A DNA stretch of 64,000 nucleotides from Mizuhopecten yessoensis (Eukaryota), in assembly GCF_002113885.1 (NCBI RefSeq), contig NW_018407599.1, forward strand, positions 4,157 through 68,156, given 5' to 3'. The notes beneath the pieces are model-generated. The model did no database searches. It had not been told where the DNA came from and worked only from the letters and a program-made list of their open reading frames with translations. The position numbers were made by a program, and so were the translations under genes. Shown piece by piece: positions 1 through 14,534 of this stretch; the stretch's first letter is position 1; every line of letters begins with the position of its first letter.

Positions 1-3000
1 GAACTTGTTGCTATGTTACTGTTGACCTAGAATGTCTAGCATGTTGCTATGTTATTGTTCATCTGTACTATTTAGCTTGTTGCTATGTTACTGTTCACCT
101 GTACTATTAAGCTTGTTGCTATGTTTCTGTTCACCTGTACTATTAAGCTTGTTGCTATGTTACTGTTCTCCTGTACTATTTAGCTTGTTGCTATGTTACT
201 GTTGACCTGTACTATTTAGCTTGTTGCTATATTACTGTTCACCTGTACTATTTATCTTGTTGCTATGTTACTGTTGACCTGTACTATTTAGCTTGTTGCT
301 ATATTACGGTTCATCTGTACTATTTAGCTTGTTGCTATGTTTCTGTTCACCTGTACTATTTAGCTTGTTGCTATGTTTCTGTTCACCTGTACTATTTAGC
401 TTGTTGCTATGTTACTGTTCACCTGTACTATTTAGCTTGTTGCTATATTACTGTTCATCTGTACTATTTAGCTTGTTGCTATGTTACGCTTCACCTGTAC
501 TATTTAGCTTGTTGCTATGTTACTGTTCACCTGTACTATTTAGCTTGTTGCTATGNTGTACTATTTAGCTTGTTGCTATATTCTTGTTGACCTGCACTAT
601 TTAGCTTGTTGCTATGTTAATGTTCACCTGTACTATTTAGCTTGTTGCTATGTTACTGTTCAACTGTACTATTTAGCTTGTTGCTATGCTACTGTTGACC
701 TATACTATTTAGCTTGTTGCTATGTTGCTGTTGACCTGTAATGTCCAACTTGTTGCTATGTTACTGGTGACCTGTAATATCTAGTATGTTGCTATGTTAC
801 TGTTAACTTGTAATGTCCAGCTTGTTGCTATACTACTGTTGTCCTGTAATGTCTAGCTTGTTGCTATGTAACTGTTGACCTGTACTATCTAGCATGTTGC
901 TATGTTACTGTTGACCTGTAATGTCTAGCTTGTTGCTATGTGACCTGTAATGTCTAGCATGTTGCTATGTTACTGTTGCCCTGTAATGTCTAGCTTGTTG
1001 CTATGTTAGTTCACCTGTACTATTTAGCTTGTTGCTATGTTACTGTTGAGCTGTAATGTCTAGCTTGTTGCTATGTAACTGTTGACCTGTACTATCTAGC
1101 ATGTTGCTATGTTACTGTTAACCTGTAATGTCCAATTTGTTGCTATGTTACTGTTGACCTGGAATGTCTAGCATGTTGCTATGTTACTGTTAACCTGTAA
1201 TGTCCAGCTTGTTGCTATATTCCTGTTGACCTGTAATGTCTAGTATGTTGCTATGTTACTGTTAACTTGTAATGTCCAGCTTGTTGCTATGTTCCTGTTG
1301 ACCTGTAATGTCTAGTATGTTGATATGTTACTGTTGACCTGTAATGTACAACTTGTTGCTATGGTATTGTTGACCTGTAATGTCCATCTTGTTGCTATAT
1401 TACTGTTGACCTGTAATGTTTAGCTTGTTTATATGTTACTGTTGACCTGTAATGTATTTAGCTTGTTGCTATGTTACTGTTCACCTGTACTATTAAGCTT
1501 GTTGCTATGTTACTGTTCACCTGTACTATTTAGCTTGTTGCTATATTACTGTTGACCTGTACTATTTAGCTTGTTGCTATGTTACTGTTCACCTGTACTA
1601 TTTAGCTTGTTGCTATGTTACATGTTATTGTTCATCTGTACTATTTAGCTTGTTGCTATGTTACATGTTATTGTTCATCTGTACTATTTAGCTTGTTGCT
1701 ATGTTACATGTTATTGTTCATCTGTACTATTTAGCTTGTTGCTATGTTACATGTTATTGTTCATCTGTACTATTTAGCTTGTTGCTATGTTACATGTTAT
1801 TGTTCATCTGTACTATTTAGCTTGTTGCTATGTTACATGTTATTGTTCATCTGTACTATTTAGCTTGTTGCTATGTTACTGTTCACCTGTACTATTAAGC
1901 TTGTTGCTATGTTACTGTTCACCTGTACTATTTAGCTTGTTGCTATGTTACTGTTGACTTGTAATGTCTCACCTGTACTATTTATCTTGTTGCTATGTTA
2001 CTGTTGACCTCTAATGTCTAGCTTGTTGCTATGTTACTGTTCACCTGTACTATTTAGCTTGTTGCTATATTACTGTTCATCTGTACTATTTAGCTTGTTG
2101 CTATGTTACTGTTCACCTGTACTATTTAGCTTGTTGCTATATTACTGTTCATCTGTACTATTTAGCTTGTTGCTATGTTACATGTTATTGTTCATCTGTA
2201 CTATTTAGCTTGTTGCTATGTTACATGTTATTGTTCATCTGTACTATTTAGCTTGTTGCTATGTTACATGTTATTGTTCATCTGTACTATTTAGCTTGTT
2301 GCTATGTTACTGTTGACATGTAATGTCTAGCTTGTTGCTATGTTACTGTTGACCTGTAATGTTTAGCTTGTTGATATGTTACTGTTGACCTGTAATGTCC
2401 AACTTGTTGCTATGGTATTGTTGACCTGTAATGTCCAGCTTGTTGCTATGTTACTGTTGACCTGTAATGTCTAGTATGTTGCTATGTTACTGTTGACCTG
2501 TAATGTCTAGATTGTTGCTATGTTACTGTTGATCTGTACTATTTAGCTTGTTGCTATGTTACTGTTGACCTGTAATGTCCAACTTGTTGCTATGGTATTG
2601 TTGACCTGTAATGTCCAGCTTGTTGCTATATTACTGTTGACCTGTAATGTCTAGTATGTTGCTATGTTACTGTTGACATGTAATGTCCAGCTTGTTGTTA
2701 TGGTATTGGTATCCTGTAATGTCTAGTATGTTGCTATGTTACTGTTGACCTGTAATGTCTAGTATGTTGCTATGTTACTGTTGACATGTAATGTCCAGCT
2801 TGTTGTTATGGTATTGGTATCCTGTAATGTCTAGTATGTTGCTATGTTACTGTTGACCTGTAATGTCTAGTATGTTGCTATGTTACTGTTGACATGTAAT
2901 GTCCAGCTTGTTGTTATGGTATTGGTATCCTGTAATGTCTAGTATGTTGCTATGTTACTGTTGACCTGTAATGTCTAGTATGTTGCTATGTTACTGTTGA

Positions 3001-3055
3001 CATGTAATGTCCAGCTTGTTGTTATGGTATTGGTATCCTGTAAGGTCCAGCATGC
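1..3055. repeat. Tandem repeat, 36-bp monomer (TTTAGCTTGTTGCTATGTTACTGTTCACCTGTACTA), with 44-bp and CTGTAATGTC variants
   Basis: Periodicity read directly. The 12-aa periodic ORFs (LFSLLLCYCSPV) are a by-product. Runs off the window start. Confidence 0.95.
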
Positions 3056-3499
3056 TACTGGTACCAAGAAGATCCAGCTTATTGTTATGTTTCTGTTTTC
3101 TGGTATTGGACATGTAATTGTAATGTTATAACGATGTTATATCATATACATGTATGATGTGAAACACTTCCATCAATTAGATGTGTCTTTAAATCTTTGA
3201 GTCAACTGCAAATTGTGTTGGTAGACACATCATGCTGCCTTGTTTATTTCTCTAGTTGTCCCTTTATCAGGTCTGGAGAATTCCATGTCAAAGTATCACG
3301 AACCAATTATACTGGCTGTATTACGTATTCAGTGCTTAACCAACATTACCGTAGAAATATGATTACTTCAGGTCTAACACGGCGATTACCAGGCGCTCAC
3401 TAACGGATGATGAGGTACTGGTCAGCATCAGCGCTCGATGGACAATTTCTAGGATTGTCACGCGTACGCAACACCTGTTCACCATTGTGTAACCCAGGA

Positions 3500-4760
3500 G
3501 ACAAATACATTGTACATCACGAGATAAATACATTATCTAATGTACTCCAAGAAATAAATACAGTGTATGATGTACTCCACGAGATAAATACATTGTCTGA
3601 TGTACTCCACGAGATAAATACAGTATCTGATGTACTCCACGAGATAAATACAGTATCTGATGTACATCACGATATAAATACATTGTATGATGTAAACCAC
3701 GAGATAAATTTATACATTGTCTAATGTACACCACGAGATAAATACAGTGTCTGATGTACTCCATTAGGTAAATACATTTTCTGATGTAATCCATGGAATT
3801 AATACATTGTCTAATGTACACCACGAGATAAATACAGTGTCTGATGTACTCCATTAGGTAAATACATTTTCTGATGTAATCCATGGAATTAATACATTGT
3901 CTAATGTACACCACGAGATAAATACAGTGTCTGATGTACTCCATTAGGTAAATACATTTTCTGATGTAATCCATGGAATTAATACATTGTCTAATGTAGA
4001 TCACGACATAAATACATTGTCTGATGTACACCATGGAATGAATACATTGTCTGATGTACACCAAGTGATAAATACATTGTCTGATGTACACCACGAGATA
4101 AAACATTGTCTGATATACACCACGAGATAAAACATTGTTTGATGTACACCACGAGATAAATACATCTTCTGATATACACCACGAGATAAATACATTTTAT
4201 GATGTACTCCACGAAATAAATACATTTTCTGTTATACACCACGCTTTATACATTGTCTGATATACACCTCGACATAAATTCATTGTTTGATATACACCCC
4301 GAGATAAATGCATTGTCTGATATACACCTCGAGATAAATACATTGTATGATAAACACCACGACATATACATTGTCTGATATACACCACGACATAAATACA
4401 TTGTTTGATATACACCTCGACATAAATACATTGTCTGATATACACCTCGACATAAATTCATTGTTTGATATACACTCCGAGATAAATGCATTGTCTGATA
4501 TACACCTCGAGATAAATACTTTGTATGATAAACACCACGACATATACATTGTCTGATATACACCACGACATAAATACATTGTCTGATATACACCACGACA
4601 TAAATACATTGTCTGATATACACCCCGAGATAAATGCATTGTCTGATATACACCACGACATAAATACATTGTCTGATATACACCTCGACATAAATACATT
4701 GTTTGATATACACCCTGAGATAAATGCATTGTCTGATGTACACCACGAGATAAATACATG
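3500..4760. repeat. Tandem repeat, 30-bp monomer (CACCACGAGATAAATACATTGTCTGATGTA)
   Basis: Direct periodicity; 10-aa periodic ORFs. Confidence 0.95.
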
Positions 4761-5221
4761 GTCCTATTACAGACATCGATATTTAAACTCTCTTATAAAA
4801 TGATTGTCTAATTAAGTCAAATCCTCTAAGTACGACGTTTTCTTTCTTTAGGTAAGACGCCTCCTCATTTGTCTAGGATCTACTTGTGAATCTCAGATAT
4901 AATTTGGGCTAATGATGTAGGACATCGTTTAGTAAGACTTTCACGTATCAGTTTGGAAATCACGCAAGAAATAGTAACTGTATTATTGGTATTGTTTAAT
5001 GTATGCTATGGTGTGGAGATAGGCGAGACGGCTCCAGCAAATTGAAACTCCGACTGATTTTGAACTGATGTTGACCTGGGGTCGGTATGTAACGAGCAGG
5101 AGGTTGGTAATGTTGTAGTGTTGATAATTTGGTGTTCGTGTGTCGTCATATATCAATTCGATATTGTGTGGCCCCTTCACATGTGGACACTGTCCTTGTA
5201 AAATGCTAGCTTTTGCGAATA

Positions 5222-5380
5222 CTAAAATAACCTACACAAAGCAGGTAACCCTAACCCTAACACTAACCCTAAAATAACCTACACAAAGCAGGTAACCCTA
5301 ACCCTAACCCTAAAATAACCTACACAAAGCAGGTAACCCTAACCCTAACCCTAACCCTAAAATAACCTACCCAAAGCAGC
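5222..5380. repeat. Interstitial telomere-like (CCCTAA)n tracts alternating with AAATAACCTACACAAAGCAGG, 3-4 units
   Basis: TAACCCTAACCCTAA runs seen at about 5246, 5293 and 5334, separated by an identical spacer. Confidence 0.85.
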
Positions 5381-6044
5381 AAAGAAACAAAAAAATAGTT
5401 CAGACAATATATATTTGAATAAATAAATTGGTGAAATTTGGGCGGAAAGTAATAATGTTTGAAAAAAGAGCTTTTAGTGAAATTTGACTGAAATAAATGA
5501 TAACAGTTTTACCAATTTTCCAGTGATCGATTACAAAAACGATTAGAAAATGGAATCATTTTGGACGATGTAATCACGGCTTTGATTCTTAATGACAAAT
5601 GGATAACATTTTACGAGAAATCGTTTTCTTCTATTCGAGCAAGTTACGTTTAATTCCTTTCATGTTTTATCTCTACCGGCGCAGTAGCCACGGAAACCAC
5701 AAACCTGATGTAGTCATAACCAATACACAGAAATGAAATTGGAAACGATTTTATCTGAAAGCCCGATGAAAAGAATTCACGGGCTTTAACTGAAAAATGC
5801 GATATGACCGTTTCGAAACCTGTAGTGTCTTAGAAGACGGGCTGCATGGTGAGTATCCCCATGCTTGTCACTGGATCCGGTCTCTACAGCTCAAGTGTAG
5901 TGATAACTAATCCAACAATGGTCGATAAACGGTTCAATTTCACATCAATAAATAGGAACTGATAATGTTTTGGAGTTACAGAATTGTCTCCATAGTTACG
6001 GCTACTGGGAAGATTTAAGGAATTACGCCAGTGGTTCTCAAGTT

Positions 6045-6565
6045 ACATGTCAGGAATTAAAACCCGTGTCTCTGTAGTTACGGCTACTGGGTATATGTCA
6101 GGAATTTCAACCCGTGTCTCTGTAGTTACGGCTACTAGGTATATGTCAGGAATTACACCATTGGCTCTGTAGTTACGGCTACTGGGTATATGTCAGGAAT
6201 TACAACCCGTGTCTCTGTAGTTACGGCTATTGGGTATATGTCAGAAATTACAACCCGTGTCTCTGTAGTTAAGGCTACTGGGTATATGTCAGCAATTACA
6301 ACCCTTGTCTCTGTAGTTACGGCTACTGGGTATATGTCAGGAATTACAACCCTTGGCTCTATAGTTACGGCTACTGGGTATATGTCAGGAATTACAACCC
6401 GTGTCTCTGTAGTTACGGCTGTTGGGTATATGTCAGGAATTACATCCCGTGGCTCTGTAGTTACGGCTTCTGGGGATATGTCAGGAATTACAACCCGTGT
6501 CTCTGTAGTTACGGCTACTGGGTATATGTTAGGAATTACACTCTTGGCTCTCCAGTTACGGGTAC
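6045..6565. repeat. Tandem repeat, 48-bp monomer (ATGTCAGGAATTACAACCCGTGTCTCTGTAGTTACGGCTACTGGGTAT); degenerate copies extend to about 5980 and 7100
   Basis: Direct periodicity; 16-aa periodic ORF 6190-6594. Confidence 0.93.
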
Positions 6566-8597
6566 GTGGTATGTTTCAGGAATTACGCCCGTGACTGTCT
6601 AGCTACGGCTTCTGGGTAGATTATAAAAGTTAGGCCGGTGCCACCATCGAAACAGCGACTGGGTATGTTTCCGGGGTTACGTTGGTGTCCCAATAGTATA
6701 GGCTACTTGCAGGTGAATGTTGACCGTAACATGTGTACGGAGGTGCCTTCCTAGTTACGACTACACGGTAGATTTTAGGATTCTGTGCTCAAACCAACTT
6801 TCTTGTAACTCGCTTAATTCATGTCAAATGATCAAAAGTGAATGGAAACATTGAAACCTATATTTTCCTTTAAGTCTCTTTAAAAGCTTTCCAAGTCATT
6901 GCAAAACAATATTTGTTTATTTATTTGTATCCAGAACAAAAAAAAAATGGCTTGAGAACAAAATCCAAGCTGGAGCATGAGAACGGTGTCATAAATACGG
7001 GCCCAGGCGTAACGTCCCTGTCCCAATAGTAAAAGCTACTGGGTATATTTTAGGAGGTAAGCTCGTGTTTCATTAGTTATGTCGACTTGGTAATTTAAAT
7101 GGCTACTATGCATATTTTCTATTCTCTATTATGGTTTAAGGTAGAATTAGGAGCTAGGGACTGTCTCCGTTACGCCTTCTTAGTAGGCTGTAAGAGATTC
7201 GGTAAGGCTATGATTTGTTGTGTGTGATGACGAGAGAGCAGGCGTACGCTGTAACCTCTGCTCCACGATAAATCACGGCAATCCGCGGATACCATCCAGG
7301 AAACACGGCCAGCAGTCGCTCCGGACCGCCACCGAAGGGACAGGTCCGCGCTGAATGGTAAAAACACAGAGCCAGGGGTTAATACGCTCTGCACAGATGG
7401 TGAAGGGTGGGTAGCTGCTTGATCAGAACGACTGCTGTGCAATATGACTGCCCTATCACCGGCACTAGCTGGTCAGGTAGGGTCAAGTGTGACTGAAGCT
7501 GAGTGTTTTGTGATATCGTCTCGGAGTTTCAGTGTAAATAGTTCAATACACAACCGGAAGAGCTGTTAAACACAAGTGAAGGATTAAGTGACACAAAACA
7601 TGTCTGATTTTGAAAGCATTTTGTTTAATGGTGACGTGAATATGGGATTTAAAACTGTTTCGATATGCTCCATTGGACTCCTACCCATCACATTGACACC
7701 GACGGTAAGACAATAGGACCAGCATCATCTAGATTTAGCTCTAATGCATTGCAGCATGGTTAGTGACTGGTATTCAAATTAAATATTTTTTGAACTAAAT
7801 GCACTTTTATGGAAACAAGATATCCTGTACAGAAAGCATGAACGGTGCGCAATATGTTCGTTTTTTGTGTTTTGATTAAAGAAAAAGTAAACGGAGTCAG
7901 AGCCGTTCTGTGTGAGCCGGCTTAGAGTACTGTATACAACACTATTTGGTCACATGGTGCGCGTTTCGGATACTGTCGCATTGGAAACAGTACTCTAACC
8001 GCGCGTCGCTTGTGTCGTTGAGAAGTTATTTAGCGCCGAATTTTGTCATTGACGGGTAAGCTATTATTAAGATGAGGAATTGGGTATTAAAGTTACATGG
8101 GCTAATAGAGCAGACTCTCGTTGCTGTCATTGTGTATTTATACCGGCTCATCAACATCAGCTCGAACACAAGCTGTAGGCCTTCAGGCTTTGGTTTTATA
8201 TTGGGTCTGATTATACACGAGGCATTTATCCCATTGTTTATATCATAGTGTATTAATGGACTAATTTTGAAATAACGGATGTATCGCCATATTCGAAGGC
8301 AAATATTACACAGCGTAAATTTTATGTTACACCCTTTGGAATATACCGAAACAATGACTGTGTGACGTTAGTTGTTGTGACGTGCGTCTGTTTACCTTAA
8401 GTATGGAGCATACAGAACGTTTCCGGTACAGGACGGTGCCTGGATACTCCAAACACATTGACCGTTTTTTGTCATGCTAGGTTCTATCTACCAGAAAACT
8501 GCATTTAAACTCTTTGTATACTAGAACGTGTTGTGTATCGGACAAGTTCAATCTATAGGCATTCGTTTGTAAAGGTAAATACAACCTCTTGTCAACC

Positions 8598-9027
8598 ATG
8601 CCTTTATTCCCGACGTCTAAATGGGAATCAATTTCTTCTGAGGATGAGGAGTCGAAACATTTGTCCTGGACACAACGGATTAAAAAAGGACCGACAAAGA
8701 AACGGAAAAAGAAAGAAAAATCCAAAAGGGACAAACCACGTGAGGATAATGATGAACAAACAAAACTAAAGAACGAATCAAAGGATCCTTTAAAGACGCA
8801 AAGGAATAGATTAGCGTCAATCATTAAATTTAAGGAGAAGGATGTTTTTGAGTCGGAGAAGATGAAGCTGATAGACGGTCGTCCCCGTCCTCAGCTTAGA
8901 ACTTCTCCACAGAAGGTTTGGGAGAGTAAGACGCCATTTGTCTTTACACACGGAACATTCCCGCCCATAGCGGAAGCTGAAGAGACTAGTCTTGTTGGAG
9001 ACCAAGTCCGACACGTCCATCGTAAAG
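8598..9027 (+). CDS. Probable first coding exon of a spliced host gene (Lys/Glu-rich N-terminus with NLS-like KKRKKK), product unknown
   Basis: ATG in ACCATG context at 8598 and a 143-codon open frame in non-repetitive sequence. It ends at a perfect donor AAG|GTAAGT (intron starts 9028, phase 1). Possible acceptor TTTTTGTCATGCTAG at 8480. No recognisable domain. Confidence 0.6.
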
Positions 9028-9139
9028 GTAAGTCGTCCCGGGGTAAGCTACGGGGTTATTGTCGTTATTGATATAGACCACTGGTTAATGGTATGGTATG
9101 GTGATATCGCCTAATGCATGTCAACACAACAACGTCACC

Positions 9140-12100
9140 GAAACGCACGGTAGTAAGCGGTACATGTAACGAGAGAAACACACGGTAGTAAGCGGTACAT
9201 GTAACGAGAGAAACACACGGTAGTAAGCGGTATATGTAACGAGAGACACACACAGTAGTAAGCGGTACAGGTAACGAGAGAGACACACGGTAGTAAGCGG
9301 TACATGTAACGAGAGAAACACACGGTAGTAAACCGTATATGTAACGAGAGAGACACACAGTAGTAAGAGGTACATGTAACGAGAGAAACACACGGTAGTA
9401 AGCGGTATATGTAACGAGAGAAAAACACAGTAGTAAGCGGTACATGTAACGAGAGAAACACATGGTAGTAAGCGGTACATGTAACGAGAGAAACACACGA
9501 TAGTAAGCCGTATATGTAACGAGAGACACACACGGTAGTAAGCGGTATATGTAACGAGAGAAAAACACAGTAGTAAGAGGTACATGTAACGAGAGAAACA
9601 CACGATAGTAAGCTGTATATGTAACGAGAGACACACACGGTAGTAAGCGGGACATGTAACGAGAGACACACAAGGTAGTAAACCGTATATGTAACGAGTG
9701 AAGCACACGGTAGTAAGTGGTACATGTAACGAGAGAAAGGTATATGTAACGAGAGACACACACAGTAGTAAGCGGTACAGGTAACGAGAGAGACACACGG
9801 TAGTAAGCGGTACATGTAACGAGAGACAAGAGACACACACAGTAGTAAGTGGTACATGTAACGAGAGAAACACACGGTAGTAAACCGTATATGTAACGAG
9901 AGAGACACACAGTAGTAAGAGGTACATGTAACGAGAGAAACACATGGTAGCAAGCGGTACATGTAACGAGAGAAACACACGATAGTAAGCTGTATATGTA
10001 ACGAGAGACACACACGGTAGTAAGCGGTATATGTAACGAGAGAAAAACACAGTAGTAAGAGGTACATGTAACGAGAGAAACACATGGTAGCAAGCGGTAC
10101 ATGTAACGAGAGAAACACACGATAGTAAGCCGTATATGTAACGAGAGCCACACACGGTAGTAAGCGGTATATGTAACGAGAGAAAAACACAGTAGTAAGC
10201 GGTAAATGTAACGAGAGAAACACATGGTAGTAAGCGGTATATGTAACGAGAGAAACACACAGTAGTAAGTGGTACATGTAACGAGAGACCCACACGGTAG
10301 TAAACCGTATATGTAACCAGAGACACACACAGTAGTAAGCGGTACATGTAACGAGAGACACACAAGGTAGTAAACCGTATATGTAACGAGTGAAGCACAC
10401 GGTAGTAAGTGGTACATGTAACGAGAGAGACACACGGTAGTAAGCGGTACATGTAACGAGTAAAACACACGGTAGTAAGCGGTACATGTAACGAGTAAAA
10501 CACACGGTAGTAAGCGGTACATGTAACGAGAAAAACACACGGTAGTAAGCGGTACATGTAACGAGTAAAACACACGGTAGTAAGCGGTACATGTAACGAG
10601 TAAAACACACGGTAGTAAGCGGTACATGTAACGAGTAAAACACACGGTAGTAAGCGGTACATGTAACGAGTAAAACACACGGTAGTAAGCGGTACATGTA
10701 ACGAGAAAAACACACGGTAGTAAGCGGTACATGTAACGAGTAAAACACACGGTAGTAAGCGGTACATGTAACGAGAGAAACGCACGGTAGTAAGGGGTAC
10801 ATGTAACGAGAGACACACACGGTCGTAAGCGGAACATGTAACGAGAGACACACACGGTAGTAAGCTGTACAACGAGAGAAACACACGGTAGTAAGCAGTA
10901 CATGTAACGAGAGACACACACAGTAGTAAGCGGTACATGTAACGAGAGACACACACGGTAGTAAACCGTATATGTAACCAGAGACACACACGGTAGTAAG
11001 CGGTACATGTTACGAGAGAAACACACGGTAGTAAGTGGTACATGTAACGAGAGACACACACGGTCGTAAGCGGTACATGTAACGAGAGAAACACACGGTA
11101 GTAAGCGGTACATGTAACGAGAGAAACACACGGTAGTAAGCGGTACATGTAACGAGAGACACACACGGTAGTAAGCGGTACATGTAACGAGAGACACACA
11201 CGGTAGTAAGCGGTACATGTAACGAGAGACACACACGGTAGTAAGCGGTACATGTAACGAGAGACACACACGGTAGTAAGCGGTACATGTAACGAGAGAC
11301 ACACACGGTAGTAAGCGGTACATGTAACGAGAGACACACACGGTAGTAAGCGGTACATGTAACGAGAGACACACACGGTAGTAAGCGGTACATGTAACGA
11401 GAGACACACACGGTAGTAAGCGGTACATGTAACGAGAGACACACACGGTAGTAAGCGGTACATGTAACGAGAGACACACACGGTAGTAAGCGGTACATGT
11501 AACGAGAGACACACACGGTAGTAAGCGGTACATGTAACGAGAGACACACACGGTAGTAAGCGGTACATGTAACGAGAGAAACACACGGTAGTAAGCGGTA
11601 CATGTAACGAGAGAAACACACGGTAGTAAGTGGTACATGTAACGAGAGACACACACGGTAGTAAGCGGTACATGTAACGAGAGACACACAAGGTAGTAAA
11701 TCGTATATGTAACGAGAGAAGCACACGGTAGTAAGTGGTACATGTAACGAGAGAAACACACGGTAGTAAGTGGTACATGTAACGAGAGAAACACACGGTA
11801 GTAAGTGGTACATGTAACGAGAGAAACACACGGTAGTAAGTGGTACATGTAACGAGAGACACACACGGTAGTAAACAGTATATGTAACCAGAGACACACA
11901 CGGTAGTAAGCGGTACATGTTACGAGAGAAACACACGGTAGTAAGCGGTACATGTAACGAGAGAAACACACGGTAGTAAGTGGTACATGTAACGAGAGAT
12001 ACACACGGTAGTAAGTGGTACATGTAACGAGAGATACACACGGTAGTAAGTGGTACATGTAACGAGAGATACACACGGTAGTAAGTGGTACATGTAACGA

Positions 12101-13625
12101 GAGACACACCCGGTAGTAAGCGGTACATGTTACGAGAGAAACACACGGTAGTAAGCGGTACATGTAGCGAGAGACACACACGGTAGTAAGTGGTACATGT
12201 AACGAGAGACACACATGGTAGTAAGCCGTACATGAAACGAGAGACACACACGGTAGTAAGCAGTACAACGAGAGAAACACACGGTAGTAAGCGGTACATG
12301 TAGCGAGAGACACACACGGTAGTAAGTGGTACATGTAACGAGAGACACACACGGTAGTAAACCGTATATGTAACGAGAGAAAGACACGGTAGTAAGTGGT
12401 ACATGTAACGAGAGAAACACACGGTAGTAAGTGGTACATGTAACGAGAGACACGCACGGTAGTAAACCGTATATGTAACGAGAGACACACACGGTAGTAA
12501 GCGGTACATGTAACACACACACGGTAGTAAGCGGTACAACGAGAGAAACACACGCTAGTAAGTGGTACATGTAACGAGAGAAACACACAGTAGTAAGTGG
12601 TACATGTAACGAGAGACACACACAGTAGTAAGTGGTACATGTAACGAGAGAAACACACGGTCGTAAGCGGTACATGTAACGAGAGAAACACACAGTAGTA
12701 AGTGGTACATGTAACGAGAGAAACACACGGTAGTAAGCGGTACATGTAACGAGAGACACACACAGTAGTAAGCAGTACATGTAACGAGAGAAACACACGG
12801 TAGTAAGCGGTACAACGAGAGAAACACACGGTAGTAAGCGGTATATGTAACGAGAGAAACACACGGTAGTAAGTGGTACATGTAACGAGAGACACACACG
12901 GTAGTTAACCGTATATGTAACCAGAGACACACACGGTAGTAAGCGGTACATGTAACGAGAGAAACACACAGTCGTAAGCGGTACATGTAAAGAGAGACAC
13001 ACACAGTAGTAAGCGGTACATGTAACGAGAGACACACACAGTAGTAAGCGGTACATGTAACGAGAGAAACACACGGTAGTAAGTGGTACATGTAACGAGA
13101 GACACACACGGTAGTTATCCGTATATGTAACCAGAGACACACACGGTAGTAAGCGGTACATCTAACGAGAGAAACACACAGTAGTAAGTGGTACATGTAA
13201 CGAGAGACACACACGTTAGTTAACCGTATATGTAACCAGAGACACACACGGTTGTAAGCGGTACATGTAACGAGAGAAACACACAGTAGTGAGCGGTACA
13301 TGTAAAGAGAGACACACACAGTAGTAAGCGGTACATGTAACGAGAGACACACACAGTAGTAAGTGGTACATGTAACGAGAGAAACACACGGTAGTAAGGG
13401 GTACATGTAACGAGAGACACACACGGTAGTAAGCGGGACATGTAACGAGAGACACACACGGTAGTAAGCGGTATATGTAACGAGAGACACACACGGTAGT
13501 AAGCGGTACATGTAACGAGAGACACACACGGTAGTAAGTGGTACAACGAGAGAAACACACGGTAGTAAGCGGTATATGTAACGAGAGACACACACGGTAG
13601 TAAGCGGTACATGTAACGAGAGACA
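9140..13625. repeat. Tandem repeat, 35-bp monomer (GTAACGAGAGACACACACGGTAGTAAGCGGTACAT), about 4.5 kb
   Basis: Direct periodicity; minus-strand ORFs have a 35-aa period (3 monomers). Confidence 0.97.
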
Positions 13626-14534
13626 CCAGGCAGTTTCAATTTTGTACAAGGGTAAAAAGGACCCGATTTATATCTGTAGTGTTGGTGAAGAATATCTATA
13701 TTGTTTTATTCAATGTTCCCTAAGCAGAAGACAGCTTTTTATCAGCAGGACCCTAACCTCATTGTCACAGGGCCACGATAATTACTTACAATATGCTAGG
13801 TTGGAACTCTCCTGATATGTAGGGAGTATATCAGGTCCCTGTGGTAATCGCCTGGTGCTATATATAGCCAGGACACAGCTGGTACATTACTCCGAACCTG
13901 TCAATGAAAAACCATCAACCTGTAACCACCTGTTTGATAATTATTCCAAATACAGGCTGTTTGTCACTTTAGGAGATAGAGTTCGCTGAGTAAAAATATA
14001 TTTCACCTCTCCGTCTAGGCGGTTGTTATACACAGTGCAGACTGAATGGGTATGATGTTAAACAATCTTGCACGGGCGGTCGTTAGGGACGAGTTTGAGT
14101 TGAATTATGATATGTTTTACTTCAATTAGTGAATGCATGTATACTGTTTAACTTCGTTTATGGGATATCGTAAGGAAAAGATTGAGAGATTATATGATGT
14201 CATTTAACTGTCTTTTACCAGTGCAGTCGTTAACCCTGTAGATGCAGTTTCATTTTATATCCCACGGCAGTATCATACATGTAAATCTCATAAACCGATT
14301 AGAATATCATTTCATAGTCATTCAAAGTAAACCACGGACTTAGATAGTTTTATTCCGTGGTGAAACCCTGCCAACAACAAAATCTGATTAGCGTCAGTCA
14401 ATTAAATATAGGTAACCTAATTTCTGAGGATACGAAATTAATACCAAGTCAGCATGGTAATGCGGATTGACATCATACACACCAGACCTGTAATGGTTTA
14501 GGAACAGTATCTAACATGGTTACGTGGACATGGC

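Noticed and set aside
3197-7442. Short non-repeat ORFs at 3197-3403, 4983-5180 and 7170-7442 as host exons
   Set aside because: No recognisable domains or consistent splice-site pairs; cannot be supported without expression data.
9065-13649. Very long Cys/Tyr-rich minus-strand ORFs (up to 1276 aa)
   Set aside because: The 35-bp monomer lacks stops on that strand, so all three frames are open and give the same permuted peptide. This is a satellite artefact.
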